In this document: positions 8,711-19,251 of the stretch, one piece after another
How the letters are laid out: the number at the start of each line of letters is the position of its first letter
Position numbering within the stretch: the stretch's first letter is position 1
Virus record (IMG/VR): IMGVR_UViG_3300035501_000578
Coordinates: 32,001 to 96,000 of that record
Length of the DNA stretch: 64,000 bases
Strand: one strand, 5' to 3'
Source: a virus
Lineage: Duplodnaviria > Caudoviricetes
Translations under genes and position numbers: made by a program
Notes under the pieces: model-generated
The model's database searches: none
Told to the model about the DNA's origin: nothing
What the model saw: the letters and a program-made list of their open reading frames with translations, nothing else

Positions 8711-10498
8711 ACCTCGAATACGCATAGCCAGTGTTTTAAAAGCTGTACCAGTACTCTCTGCATTTCTGGTGATCTCAACGGAAGCACTCTCAAGGGCTAT
8801 TGTTTGCTCAAGCGAGTTGTTTGCTTCAGCCATAGCAGCAGAAGAACGTGTCAACATATCAACTATTTCTTCGTTGCTAGTCGCTGCTGTGTTTCCGATG
8901 ATATTTATATTGTCTAATATTTCACGTTTAACATCATCTACTTCAATTCCAAAGGCTTTCATGGTTGAAACCATTCCGTCCGTAGCCGTATCTACATCCA
9001 TCCCCGGAGAGATACTAGCAAACTGAGAACTTAATTTAGCCATCTCAGTAGCGGCTTCACCACTTGAATATCCAAGCCTAGACCAAGCACTTGCCTGATC
9101 AATAATTTCTTCAGTGGTTACACCCATTTGTTTTGCCACATCATTTGCAGAGTAGTAGAAATCATTTAACTCCGATGTGGACATAGTAGTAGTTTTCTGC
9201 AAGTCAACTAAAGCTGTATCCAAGTCAACTACTGTGGTTATAGCTTCCTTAACATATCCAATTGCCCGATACCAACTAAAATACATACTAACAAGCGATG
9301 AAATATTATTATATAGAGCCTTACTCTTAAATATATCAATCAGCCGTTTACCTTCATTACCAGCCGCCTTTTCAGCAGAAACAATGCCGTAAAAACCAGA
9401 CCTTATTTCTTCAAATGGTGCATCAGAACCCATTGTCTTTAACATACTAATATATGTTTCAATTTGTTGTTGCGCTTCTTTAGAAAAATTAGTATTCCTG
9501 CTTAGAGTATCCTGCATTTTATTTATAAATTTAAGTCTGCTCTCTAATGTAGAACCTTTATCTCCAGCAGTCATTGATTTAAAGATCTGTAATAATTCAT
9601 TACCTCTAGTTTGTGCTGTTTTTAATTGGTCGAGTTCAGTGTCAGTAATTAAATCAATAGGTTTAGAAGTAATTTTACGAATAGTTTCATTTATCTGATT
9701 TAATTTATCTAAAGATGCTTGATAATTACTGTTTTGATTTTCTGCCTTCGGTTTTGCCGAATATGTATTATAAGCATTTTGAAATTTTTTAAGAGAAGAT
9801 GAAGCTTCTTCAATTGCTTGAGCTTCTTTTGTTACGTTATCAGAAGTAGTAGTAGCAGATGATGATACATTATTATTAGCACTGGCAAATTGTTCTTTTG
9901 CACTAGATGCGTTTTTAGTTTGCTCTGCAAGATTACCCATAGCTTCAGCAGTAGCGTTTACACCAGATGTGTTTTCAGATGAAAGATTCGTTTTATTACC
10001 ACTTACTTTACTCTGAGCATCCGATAAATCCTTAGTAGCACTAGCAAGACCTTCTGTAGCTTTTTGTGCATTTTGAATCTGACTGACATTAGCATTTGCA
10101 TTCTTTCCAATGTTGCCAAAATCCGTATTGACTTCTGTAATATGTTTCGTCAGTGTAGTCAAAGAAGAGTCAATATTTTGGATAGAAGACAATAGACTTT
10201 TCGCACCTGAATTACCGTCTATCTTACCAAAAGCAGTACTTAAACTCTGTACCTCTGTTGTAATTGATTCTAGCTGTCCAGCTAATTTCTCAAACTGTTT
10301 AAAATCACCGGTATTATTGCCAAGACTTTTTAACATTTTATCAAGATTGGCAATAACACTTTCCAATTGTTCTTTGTTTACACCAATATCAATGGTATAT
10401 TTTTTATTATTTACTTCTCTTTCTAAAGTTTCTAATTGTTTTTGAGCTGTACTAATATCTAACTCTATTTTTTTCTGCCATGCAGATATTCCACTCAT
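8711..10498 (-). CDS. Tape measure protein, exon 1
   Basis: TP901-type TMP domain (LDTALVDLQKTT...WSRLGYS...NIIGNT...GTAFKTLAMRIRG). Confidence 0.92.
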
Positions 10499-10511
10499 TG
10501 ATTAGATCACC

Positions 10512-10970
10512 TCACTTTAAAATTTTATCAACTTCTTTGTCTATAATTTTATTAATGTAACCACCAAAACCACTTTCAATGTCTGCATCAACATACATAT
10601 AAGGAGGTAGTGACTGTTTCATCATCCACCTGCCATTACCATGTTCGCCACCCATAAAGAAAAAATCAAAAGCAGTACTTGGTTGTAATTTATTACCACC
10701 AATCCAACTAGGGTATGAATTCATATAACCTGAATCGACAGACATAGAAATAACATTTCCTTTACCACTTGTTCTTGCACTTTTAAGAACATTCATAAAA
10801 TTATTTGTACGTTGATATGCTTGTGGATTATAATCGTTGTAATAATCAACCAAGGAATATCTCACAGACTCTTTGAATAATTTATTTACCTCTGGTGCAA
10901 TTTTTTCTGCAATATGTTCTTTAAGGTCTATTAATTGTTTGTTCCAATCATCTGTTAAATTTCCACTCAT
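10512..10970 (-). CDS. Hypothetical tail-module protein
   Basis: Immediately upstream of TMP; RBS GGAGGT supports a start at 10970. Confidence 0.55.
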   Translation of the reverse strand: MSGNLTDDWNKQLIDLKEHIAEKIAPEVNKLFKESVRYSLVDYYNDYNPQAYQRTNNFMNVLKSARTSGKGNVISMSVDSGYMNSYPSWIGGNKLQPSTAFDFFFMGGEHGNGRWMMKQSLPPYMYVDADIESGFGGYINKIIDKEVDKILK

Positions 10971-11142
10971 CCTATACCTCCTTTCAAATTGCGTATAATC
11001 AAAATAGGAGAGCAGTAGCAACTACTCTCCAAAGAAAAAGTCCTGTAAGTTTTGACACTCACAGGACTTAATATGAGGAATTTTATATATCATTTTTATT
11101 TTTTAATTTTGCCATTAAAAGCATTAATTTATTCACTATATA

Positions 11143-11325
11143 CTACATAATAATCTCATAAATAGTACCTTCCGCATCTTTCGGAGCTTTAGTTCCCCAG
11201 CCATTCTTTTTCCTTAATTCATAATAATCACCGCAATCAGTAGCGATTAGTTCTTCGCCTTTATTAATATTTATTTGATATTTTCCATCATTTACTTCTA
11301 TGTCTTCTAAAAAACGTGCTTTCAT
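11143..11325 (-). CDS. Small hypothetical protein
   Basis: ORF with RBS in the operon. Confidence 0.6.
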   Translation of the reverse strand: MKARFLEDIEVNDGKYQININKGEELIATDCGDYYELRKKNGWGTKAPKDAEGTIYEIIM

Positions 11326-11354
11326 AATTTATCCTTTCAATTCTTTCCTGATCG

Positions 11355-11606
11355 TTAAAATGTATATTCCCTTGTTACAAACAAAGGTACAAATCCACTT
11401 GAATCACCATTATATTCTCTACGCTCATAATTTTCTAAAAACATTTTAGCAGTTTTTATACTGTTGTATTGCATTGCACATTTAATATCTGCACCAATTG
11501 TGTCATCCAAATATAGAAATACTGTTTCAGAATTGTTATCCATACGAGCACCCTTCGGTGTTGTCACTAAACGAACTAAGACATAATATCTATCTGTTAT
11601 CTTCAT
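11355..11606 (-). CDS. Hypothetical protein
   Basis: Operonic ORF. Confidence 0.6.
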   Translation of the reverse strand: MKITDRYYVLVRLVTTPKGARMDNNSETVFLYLDDTIGADIKCAMQYNSIKTAKMFLENYERREYNGDSSGFVPLFVTREYTF

Positions 11607-11611
11607 AATTC

Positions 11612-11875
11612 TTATTCCACCTTAACCTTTATTTCATACTCATCATTTAATACAAGCATCAATTTAGCAATTCTACTAGCATTTGAACCAAAATCATGAT
11701 TTATAGCTCTTGCAAGTTCCAATTCTGGATCGTCCCATACGCCTAAATATTTACTTGGAATAGGATTACCTGGAATATAATTATTCAGCCATTCGTTGTA
11801 ATCATTGTATGTATTAACAAATCTTTTAGTATTAGGTATTAGATTTTCAGATGTAGGAATTAACCATTTCTCCAT
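11612..11875 (-). CDS. Hypothetical protein
   Basis: Operonic ORF. Confidence 0.6.
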   Translation of the reverse strand: MEKWLIPTSENLIPNTKRFVNTYNDYNEWLNNYIPGNPIPSKYLGVWDDPELELARAINHDFGSNASRIAKLMLVLNDEYEIKVKVE

Positions 11876-11876
11876 A

Positions 11877-12473
11877 CTATTTAACCACCCTTAACCCACC
11901 ATTAACTGCATCCTTCAACTTATCTATTGTTTCATCATCTAACTCTAACTCAGCAATATTCTTTCCTAGAGTTTCAAGTGTTGGTTGCAATACAGCACTT
12001 ATCAGACTTGAAAATCTTGTTACCTGACTAGAAATAAAAGAGTGTGTAGATAATTCATTTTCCAAAATGTCATCAACCGCCATATTAAGTAGTGTTTGAA
12101 ATTCCTTAACTTGTTCTACTGGAAGTAATTCAATAATTTGTCTGATTAAATTATTCTCATCTAATAATTCATATTCCTTTGTAGTGTTGTTGAAATCAAT
12201 ATCTATATTTGTAAAAAGGTCAATTATATTAAGCGTGAATAGAAGATAGCGGGCTGTCGAATTTACTTTAATACCTATTTCTTTATTATCTTTGTCGTAT
12301 TCGTGGGTAGTGGTTTTAGCAATTCTATTTGCTATATTAACCTTATCTGTAAATGGGATATAAGACTTGATTGAGAGAGTGTCTTCAATATACTTTCCCT
12401 TTAATTTATCTGATACTACTTTATTATATCCTTCAACAAATTCTGTTACTTTCATATTTATTTTTCCTTTCAA
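11877..12473 (-). CDS. Hypothetical tail-module protein
   Basis: Between the major tail gene and TMP. Confidence 0.55.
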   Translation of the reverse strand: MKGKINMKVTEFVEGYNKVVSDKLKGKYIEDTLSIKSYIPFTDKVNIANRIAKTTTHEYDKDNKEIGIKVNSTARYLLFTLNIIDLFTNIDIDFNNTTKEYELLDENNLIRQIIELLPVEQVKEFQTLLNMAVDDILENELSTHSFISSQVTRFSSLISAVLQPTLETLGKNIAELELDDETIDKLKDAVNGGLRVVK

Positions 12474-12480
12474 TCCTTAA

Positions 12481-12708
12481 TTATATTTCAACATCATAAT
12501 TACACCATTTCTGGTATAACTCTTTGGTTTTTTCTTTCTCAAAAATCATTACGATAATTTTCCGATCATTTCGTTCATCATAACTGGTATAAATGTCCAT
12601 AGGATAAACATCATTTACCAAGTAGAATAGTTGCTGTTTTTGGTTTACAATTCGCACACAATCTGTTGAATTGTACTCAATCCCAGCCAAATTCGATTTT
12701 ATATTCAT
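12481..12708 (-). CDS. Small DUF5659-like protein
   Basis: Pattern Q..FYL...VYP.DIY...IVMIFEK..T..LY.KW. Confidence 0.5.
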   Translation of the reverse strand: MNIKSNLAGIEYNSTDCVRIVNQKQQLFYLVNDVYPMDIYTSYDERNDRKIIVMIFEKEKTKELYQKWCNYDVEI

Positions 12709-12806
12709 AAGTTTCTCCTTTTAATCCTCTACGTAAAAAATAGGGGAACACAAAATTGAATAGTTCAATCCTGTAATTCCCCTATATGGTTTTTACAATA
12801 AAAATA

Positions 12807-13274
12807 CTATTCAACATCGTCAACTGTCTTCTTTTTAGACCTTCGATAATTTCTTGGTTTTTCTTCAATATTTTCTTCTGATTGCTCGATTTTATCTGAA
12901 ATTTCATTAGTAGAAGTAGTAGTATCAACTTTCTCTATAATTTCCACAGATTCTTTCTCTACTTTATCCGGTATTTCATCTATAACAGGAGTAGGTATTT
13001 CAATTGTTTCAGCGTAAATCTTTGCAATAGAATTTTTGTAGCTTTCTCCAAACATTTCAGATTTAGATAAATCTAATTTGTCTAGCTGTACTTTCGCTTC
13101 ACTTGCAGTAATTCGTCCGTCTTCAAAAGAAGATGTCGCATTGTAAATATCCTTGCAGTTTTCAGAACAGAATGCAAAACGCCATGTTTCGATTGGGTTA
13201 TAACCCTTACATCTAGGACAGTATTTGTAACTCACTCCGTCTACACTACAAGTTCTTAATTTTCCGTCAGCCAT
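12807..13274 (-). CDS. Cys-motif hypothetical protein
   Basis: CSV...YCPRC...FCSENC; RBS AGGAGG. Confidence 0.65.
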   Translation of the reverse strand: MADGKLRTCSVDGVSYKYCPRCKGYNPIETWRFAFCSENCKDIYNATSSFEDGRITASEAKVQLDKLDLSKSEMFGESYKNSIAKIYAETIEIPTPVIDEIPDKVEKESVEIIEKVDTTTSTNEISDKIEQSEENIEEKPRNYRRSKKKTVDDVE

Positions 13275-13342
13275 TCAAAATTTCCTCCTTAAAATAGGGC
13301 AGTGCATTAGACACCGCCCCTAATAAATAATTCAGAATTGAA

Positions 13343-14167
13343 TTATGCTGCTTCCTCTTCTTCGTCAACGAAGTAGACATCAACAAGAACCTTCTTTGTT
13401 GAGCAAGTATTAGCAAGGATAGCACCCTTATAATCCATTGTCTGTGAATCTCCACCCTGAAGAGCAAGAGATACTTCTGGACTAGGAATAAATTCTTCAA
13501 TATGAATTACAACAGCTCTGAAGCTTTCCTTATCACAAGGGTCAACAGCAAGAGCTTTAAAGTATAATTCATGTGACTTAGGATACTTGTCAGCAGAAAT
13601 ACTAATCTTAGCACCTGATTTAACTTCCTTTGTATATTTTACAAAGTATTCAACTTCTTCTGAATCTGTAGGTGGTGTGAATATAGCACTAGCTACAGTA
13701 CCGCTATCTTCACTAGCTTTAGTAGTTGCAATAGCATATTCAGTAGCAGATGCAGATGAGCCAAGTTTGTAGGTTTTACTTGTATCAAGAGCACCATTGT
13801 AAATAGCACTAACAGTGAGAGTGCCATCAACATAACCAGTAATGTCGAGTGTATCACCAGCAGATACGGTCTGTATTATTGGCATCTGAATAGTATTTTC
13901 GTCAGTGGCAATTTCAGCGTCAGCACCAGAAATAGCCTCGATAACGGCAAGGTTAATAAATGCATTAGTAGCATTAACTTCTGCTGTCTTACCTGAGTAC
14001 TTTCTATATACAAGGTTTCCGTCCTTATCTTTAATATCAGTAGAGTCAGCAGTTATATCAATTGTAGCTTCATTAAGCTGTGTAAGAGCATAAAGTGGTG
14101 TGCCATTCTTCTTAGCACCATAACCGAACTGTAAATGGTCAATGATAACGTCTCCAAGCTTAAACAT
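13343..14167 (-). CDS. Probable major tail (tube) protein
   Basis: Position, strong RBS AAGGAGG at MFKLGDVII, beta-rich composition, flanking terminators. Confidence 0.65.
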   Translation of the reverse strand: MFKLGDVIIDHLQFGYGAKKNGTPLYALTQLNEATIDITADSTDIKDKDGNLVYRKYSGKTAEVNATNAFINLAVIEAISGADAEIATDENTIQMPIIQTVSAGDTLDITGYVDGTLTVSAIYNGALDTSKTYKLGSSASATEYAIATTKASEDSGTVASAIFTPPTDSEEVEYFVKYTKEVKSGAKISISADKYPKSHELYFKALAVDPCDKESFRAVVIHIEEFIPSPEVSLALQGGDSQTMDYKGAILANTCSTKKVLVDVYFVDEEEEAA

Positions 14168-14239
14168 TTTGAATTCCTCCTTAAAAATTTTTTGATAATA
14201 AAAAAGAGCGACTAATAAATCGCTCATAAAAATTAATAA

Positions 14240-15097
14240 TTAATATGTATCTCTAAAGAAATTGAAATTATCTTTAGGTACTTTTGATAAATCCGCAAAT
14301 CCTGAATATAATCCAGAATTTAAAGACTTAGTTCCTTCGTAAATCTGTAATCTTTTTACAGAATCCATAAACTGACAAATCCCAACTTCTTTTAATTCAT
14401 TTAATTTATATTTAAAACCTGGATGATTAATACAGGTAGAAATCAACGGCAAAAGAGTAGAAGTCTCTTTATTATTTTGATTTGCTAAATTCATCTTATC
14501 TTCATCTATCATCCATTTTTTTGCAGTTTTACCTTTTGCTTTTTCCACCTTTGGATGTATATTCATCATTTCACGAATATACTCCGCAATCGTCATATAA
14601 TCATCTTCTGGTATAATTATATTTTGGGACGCACTGAATAAACAAAGTTTTGGATTATTTTCATCTTCTTCAACAGTGTCAATTCCAAGTGCCTGAAAAA
14701 TATCATTTAGTTTAATTAACCTAAAATCATAAAACTCAATATCCTTAAATAAAAGTTTCAAAGGTTCTTTTTCAACTGTAGGGATTAATATTGAGAACAC
14801 TTCAATATCTTTGATTTTGCACCAGTCCACTTTGTTTTCCCAAAGTGCTAAACGAATTGAGGTAGAATTGTAAAGAAAAGGAGTAAGAGAACGATAAAAA
14901 GTTTCTTCTCCAATTTCAAGAATATCACCAATTGTAGGTTGTGAAATAACAATATTAGGTATAACCTCGTAGTCTTCACCAAAGTACATTTTTAATTTAT
15001 CAAAATGATATTCTTTTTTATTGGATTGATTTTTTTTATTAAATTCTTCAATTACTGCATTTTGCAGTAAATCTAGTGTATCTGTATTTTTCTCCAC
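14240..15097 (-). CDS. Conserved morphogenesis-module protein
   Basis: Position in the SPbeta-like head-tail block. Confidence 0.5.
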   Translation of the reverse strand: MEKNTDTLDLLQNAVIEEFNKKNQSNKKEYHFDKLKMYFGEDYEVIPNIVISQPTIGDILEIGEETFYRSLTPFLYNSTSIRLALWENKVDWCKIKDIEVFSILIPTVEKEPLKLLFKDIEFYDFRLIKLNDIFQALGIDTVEEDENNPKLCLFSASQNIIIPEDDYMTIAEYIREMMNIHPKVEKAKGKTAKKWMIDEDKMNLANQNNKETSTLLPLISTCINHPGFKYKLNELKEVGICQFMDSVKRLQIYEGTKSLNSGLYSGFADLSKVPKDNFNFFRDTY

Positions 15098-15105
15098 ATC
15101 ATCAC

Positions 15106-15744
15106 CTACTTTCGCAACTGATGATTAACCAGAGAAGTTTTGCCGTTATACGGCGTATATGCAAGTCCATTAAGGTCAACAATTTGAAAGACCATTGTAC
15201 GAACTATATAATTGTTATCAGTAGTTGATTCTTTTGATGAGATAAGTCTTGCTTGCATACCAAAAGTATTTCGCAAGTTAAATCTTTCCCGAAGAATAGA
15301 ACCTATAAGGTCAGAGCGTGAAATACCTGTTCGTACATCAATCGCATCCTTACCATCCACAAAAATAGTGAAAGTAATTTCAGTGTATTTTTGGACTTTG
15401 TTATAACGGGGTAATTCATCAAACCCTACCTGATAACACACATAATGCTTTACAGTTGTTTGGGTTTCTGGAATAAATAAGTAAGGTCTAATATTTGAAG
15501 ATTCTCCAAAATATCTATCCCATTCACCTAATGGTTCGTGAGTTTCGGAATCCCAATTTATATTTCCATCATCATCAAATAATTCACCTTCTAAATCTTT
15601 TTCGTGTAAAGCATATAATAATTCAGGACATTTCATGAGAGTATTCTTAATAATGTCCTTGTATTGAATATTTTCATCATCTACGGTGGTAGCGTAGGCA
15701 CGTAATTTGCCGAGCAAATCATCTTTTGTTACAATATCTGCCAT
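15106..15744 (-). CDS. Putative tail completion/terminator protein
   Basis: Position; RBS AGGAGG. Confidence 0.45.
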   Translation of the reverse strand: MADIVTKDDLLGKLRAYATTVDDENIQYKDIIKNTLMKCPELLYALHEKDLEGELFDDDGNINWDSETHEPLGEWDRYFGESSNIRPYLFIPETQTTVKHYVCYQVGFDELPRYNKVQKYTEITFTIFVDGKDAIDVRTGISRSDLIGSILRERFNLRNTFGMQARLISSKESTTDNNYIVRTMVFQIVDLNGLAYTPYNGKTSLVNHQLRK

Positions 15745-15754
15745 ATTCCACCTC

Positions 15755-17026
15755 CTAGACGATAAGCTCAAATTGAGCAGTTGTTTCTATAATTTCATTT
15801 CCGTTAGTTACAACGCATTTTATATTTAATGTCTTACCGAGATAATTTCTATCATCAGTAGATTTAATCTTAATCTGATTGTAGTTGACATTTGACAACC
15901 AAGTTACTGTGTCTGTTAAATCCTCATCATCTACGCTGCAAGTCCAATTGAAATTAGCAGAAGAATAGTTATCTGTAATTTCAGTGTCGGAATTGTCATA
16001 GATTTTTGCCGTAAGAGTTTTGTAGCTTCCGGCGATTTTGATTGTTGAAGTAGATGCTGTGATTTTGGAGTAATTGGTTGTGATTGGAATGGTAGAATCG
16101 GATGGATTTGTTGGTGTGAGAGATGAATCAGTGATATAATAATCGGCGTACATTTCGCCAGTTTCAAGATTAACATAATCAGTATATTCTGAAAACACAT
16201 CTTGATAAAATGTAAGCTTCTGAATCCCAAGAGGGGAAGAGTTTTCAACCTTGCTAATAGTCCATGCTGTCGGGTGCTCGGTTAAAGAACCGAGTAACAC
16301 ACGCATATTATTATTAGATTCACCTTTATACCAAATCTTTTCTGTTATTGAATTAAGTGGCAACCAACCTTTATCCTGATTCTCTACTGTGGTCGTACTA
16401 TATGAAGTCCATAAGCCACTGTTGTAGCTGCTCTGCGAGCGTAAAACACACCACATTTTTCGTTTAATCCGTTCCTGCCCATTATCTTCAATCCACATCA
16501 GATTGTAGTTAATCGGTAAGATTAAATACTTAGGAAATTGGTTTGCAATCTCCTTGCTTATAATCATCCACTTACGATAAATTCCTCTATCATCAGGTAT
16601 ATCTACGTACAATCCTGCAAAATCATTATTGCCATATTTCCGTCTATAATCAGTTTCAAAATAATAAAGTTCGTCACCCTCATTAAATTCAGTCTTTTGA
16701 GAAGGACGAAATTGCAAGTAATATTCTACTTGGTCTTTATCTATGGACTGGTAACTTTTGATTATGAATTTTGCATCAATACGAGTTTTAGTTGTATTCT
16801 CGTAGGTCATATGATCTTTAAGTTGGAGCTGATCATCGTGAAAATAATCGTAGATGTAACAGACTTTTGATTGCGGATCTCTGTCAAAAGTATATTCCAT
16901 CAACATATCCGAATCACTTTTCAATTTCTCACCCAAAGTAGGATAATTCCTACCAGTAGAATTAGTATTTACTGTACTGCCAATTTTTCGTTGATAAAAA
17001 TCGAAAGCCGACATATTAATCACCAA
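15755..17026 (-). CDS. Putative head closure protein with C-terminal Ig-like domain
   Basis: Position; Thr/Ser-rich beta C-terminus. Confidence 0.5.
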   Translation of the reverse strand: MVINMSAFDFYQRKIGSTVNTNSTGRNYPTLGEKLKSDSDMLMEYTFDRDPQSKVCYIYDYFHDDQLQLKDHMTYENTTKTRIDAKFIIKSYQSIDKDQVEYYLQFRPSQKTEFNEGDELYYFETDYRRKYGNNDFAGLYVDIPDDRGIYRKWMIISKEIANQFPKYLILPINYNLMWIEDNGQERIKRKMWCVLRSQSSYNSGLWTSYSTTTVENQDKGWLPLNSITEKIWYKGESNNNMRVLLGSLTEHPTAWTISKVENSSPLGIQKLTFYQDVFSEYTDYVNLETGEMYADYYITDSSLTPTNPSDSTIPITTNYSKITASTSTIKIAGSYKTLTAKIYDNSDTEITDNYSSANFNWTCSVDDEDLTDTVTWLSNVNYNQIKIKSTDDRNYLGKTLNIKCVVTNGNEIIETTAQFELIV

Positions 17027-17360
17027 CTTTCAATCGCTGCATTAAAGCACCGGCATCAAAAACCAACTTCTTATATCTTCCAAAATCAAAATCATCTGAC
17101 TTCAAAATAACCAAAGCTGATTCCAAAGTGTTTATAATTTCTACAAAATCCTTGGGATATAAGAGTAATTCATTGTAACTTGAAATTTCTAACAAAAGAT
17201 TCTCGTGATATTTAACCACATCAATATTTTCAAAATCTTCTTTTGTATTTTCATCTGTATACAAAACTAGCCAAAATATTTTCTTACGCAATTTGTTCTG
17301 ATAATAATCAGTTTGTTCCGGCTTAAATTCGCCGTATTTATGTAACACCATTTTATCCAT
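17016..17360 (-). CDS. Hypothetical head-tail module protein
   Basis: Overlaps both neighbours. Confidence 0.55.
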   Translation of the reverse strand: MDKMVLHKYGEFKPEQTDYYQNKLRKKIFWLVLYTDENTKEDFENIDVVKYHENLLLEISSYNELLLYPKDFVEIINTLESALVILKSDDFDFGRYKKLVFDAGALMQRLKVGD

Positions 17361-17812
17361 CAGCTTTCACCATAACTTCCAAAATGGTATGAATGCCTTG
17401 TCAGTTCCCTTTCAAATTCAGTTTGAAGATTATGAAGTCTTTCCATATTCTGATTATAATTTCCAAGAAGTTTCTTTTCTTCCTTACCGCCTATCATTAC
17501 CGCCAAATTAGCAGTATTTTCAAGTTTAGATGGAAAGTAATTAAGAATAACACCCTTTGCTAAAATAGAAGTGACAAAATCAGAATCATAATTATCATCA
17601 ACACTATTTGTTAATGTAAATGTAACCTGCATAATTTCATCATCTAATTCAAAACTGGAAAATTTGCTCCTGAATATAATAGAAGAGTAGGCTGAGTGTA
17701 ACCACTCTTTCATACTCTCATAAAAATCATCTTGCGTATATTGTACTAGTTCTAAGTCATTGATACGAACCAATGCCCGTTTATATATTTGATCGTATGA
17801 TATAGAAGGCAT
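17360..17812 (-). CDS. Putative head-tail adaptor
   Basis: Helical 150-aa protein two genes after the capsid gene. Confidence 0.5.
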   Translation of the reverse strand: MPSISYDQIYKRALVRINDLELVQYTQDDFYESMKEWLHSAYSSIIFRSKFSSFELDDEIMQVTFTLTNSVDDNYDSDFVTSILAKGVILNYFPSKLENTANLAVMIGGKEEKKLLGNYNQNMERLHNLQTEFERELTRHSYHFGSYGES

Positions 17813-17831
17813 AATTGGATACCTCCTTTAT

Positions 17832-18500
17832 TTATAAGAAATCCTTGATACAAGTACCAACAATATCATCAATTAATTTAATCTTATTTAGTGATGGATA
17901 ATTCTCATTTCTAATCATTGCTACAGCGGTAGTCTTGATAATTTCAACAATCCAAGCTGGAGCGTTTTTTAAAATGTCAGCAAATTCATTATCTGATTTA
18001 TCAAAATATTCCTCTGGATAATCTACGTGATCAAAATACTTATATACATCACCAAGTTCACGACTCCACTGACTTCTTAAATCATCATCCATAATAATAA
18101 TATTAGGTTTCATAACATAATCGGTTCTTCTAAGAGCCTGTAAATCACGATATTTCACGTAATCAATATCTCCAAAGTATTCCCAATGATAAACGGTGTT
18201 CTTATCAACACCAACGGCTGTTAATTTCCACGGTGTAACACTCTTACACATAATTTCATCTTCTGGTTTAAATACTTTTGTAGATTTATTGACAGTAAGT
18301 GTATCTGACTTGATGTCTGCCTGAACTTCACTAGAAACTGTTTCAATTTTTGTTGGTTTCATATCAGAACGAGCTAATTCGATCATTTCATCTGTAGCAG
18401 TCTGCATATGGCTAGATACAGAATATCCATGATCTTTTAAGAAAGAAATTAGTTCTTTATTGGTAACACCTAATTCCTTTGATAACTCTAAAATTTTCAT
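17832..18500 (-). CDS. Protein with N-terminal IF2_N-like HTH domain
   Basis: MKILELSKELGVTNKELISFLKDHGYSVSSHM resembles the N-terminus of initiation factor 2. Confidence 0.65.
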   Translation of the reverse strand: MKILELSKELGVTNKELISFLKDHGYSVSSHMQTATDEMIELARSDMKPTKIETVSSEVQADIKSDTLTVNKSTKVFKPEDEIMCKSVTPWKLTAVGVDKNTVYHWEYFGDIDYVKYRDLQALRRTDYVMKPNIIIMDDDLRSQWSRELGDVYKYFDHVDYPEEYFDKSDNEFADILKNAPAWIVEIIKTTAVAMIRNENYPSLNKIKLIDDIVGTCIKDFL

Positions 18501-18569
18501 TCCATTTTTCTCCTTTAATCATAAAAAGGAGAGTAGAATTAACTACTCTCCAAAATTTATCAGCTAAAA

Positions 18570-19251
18570 TTATTTCATCTTAATTTCGCCAAATACTTCG
18601 TTGATAACAACACCGATACCTTCCTGATATGCAAGTTCTGCATCAACGGTCATATCCTTCTTTAGACCATCCATACCTGTCTCGTAGTAAATAACGTCTC
18701 CCTCATTTACTCTTTTAATTGGAGGTCTATCAGGATTAATTGGCATTACAAAAATCTTCTTGTTATCATCTGCTGAGAATACGCTTTCTCTTGTACCAGC
18801 CTTATTAACACGGCTAAGAGCAAGGCAGTCATATCCTTCCCAAGAGCCAAGAAGACCATTCTGATGTCTTTCATCCTTCATTGCATCAGAGAACATATTA
18901 TAGTTTACAGTATTCTGAAGCTTCTGAATTGCGGTACGAGTACCAACAAGTAATACATCTTTACCAGTTGCGGCTTTAACAGCTTCAATATGCTCGATAA
19001 TGTCATCCTTTGTAGCTTCTGAAACGGCTGTTTCAAGAACCATATCAGTAGGGAGAGATTCATCCATAGACATCCAAGCTGTAAAGAGTGCACCATATCT
19101 GTACTGCTCAATAGCAGTGTACATCTTGTCAACTAATCCTGCAAAATCAACCTTACCTGTCTGGAACAGAGTAAAGTCGGTATATACTTTAATAGTATAC
19201 CAAGAAGTCTCGATAGAGAATGACTTACCTGGCTTTACGGACTGTCTTACA
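18570..19251 (-). CDS. Major capsid protein, exon 2
   Basis: Continues exon 1 in frame (DI|VRQSVKPGK); spliced product is 366 aa. Confidence 0.85.

Noticed and set aside
5771-8793. ORF-track calls 5771-6112, 8182-8412 and 8584-8793 as independent genes
   Set aside because: They are exon fragments or read-through into intron sequence.
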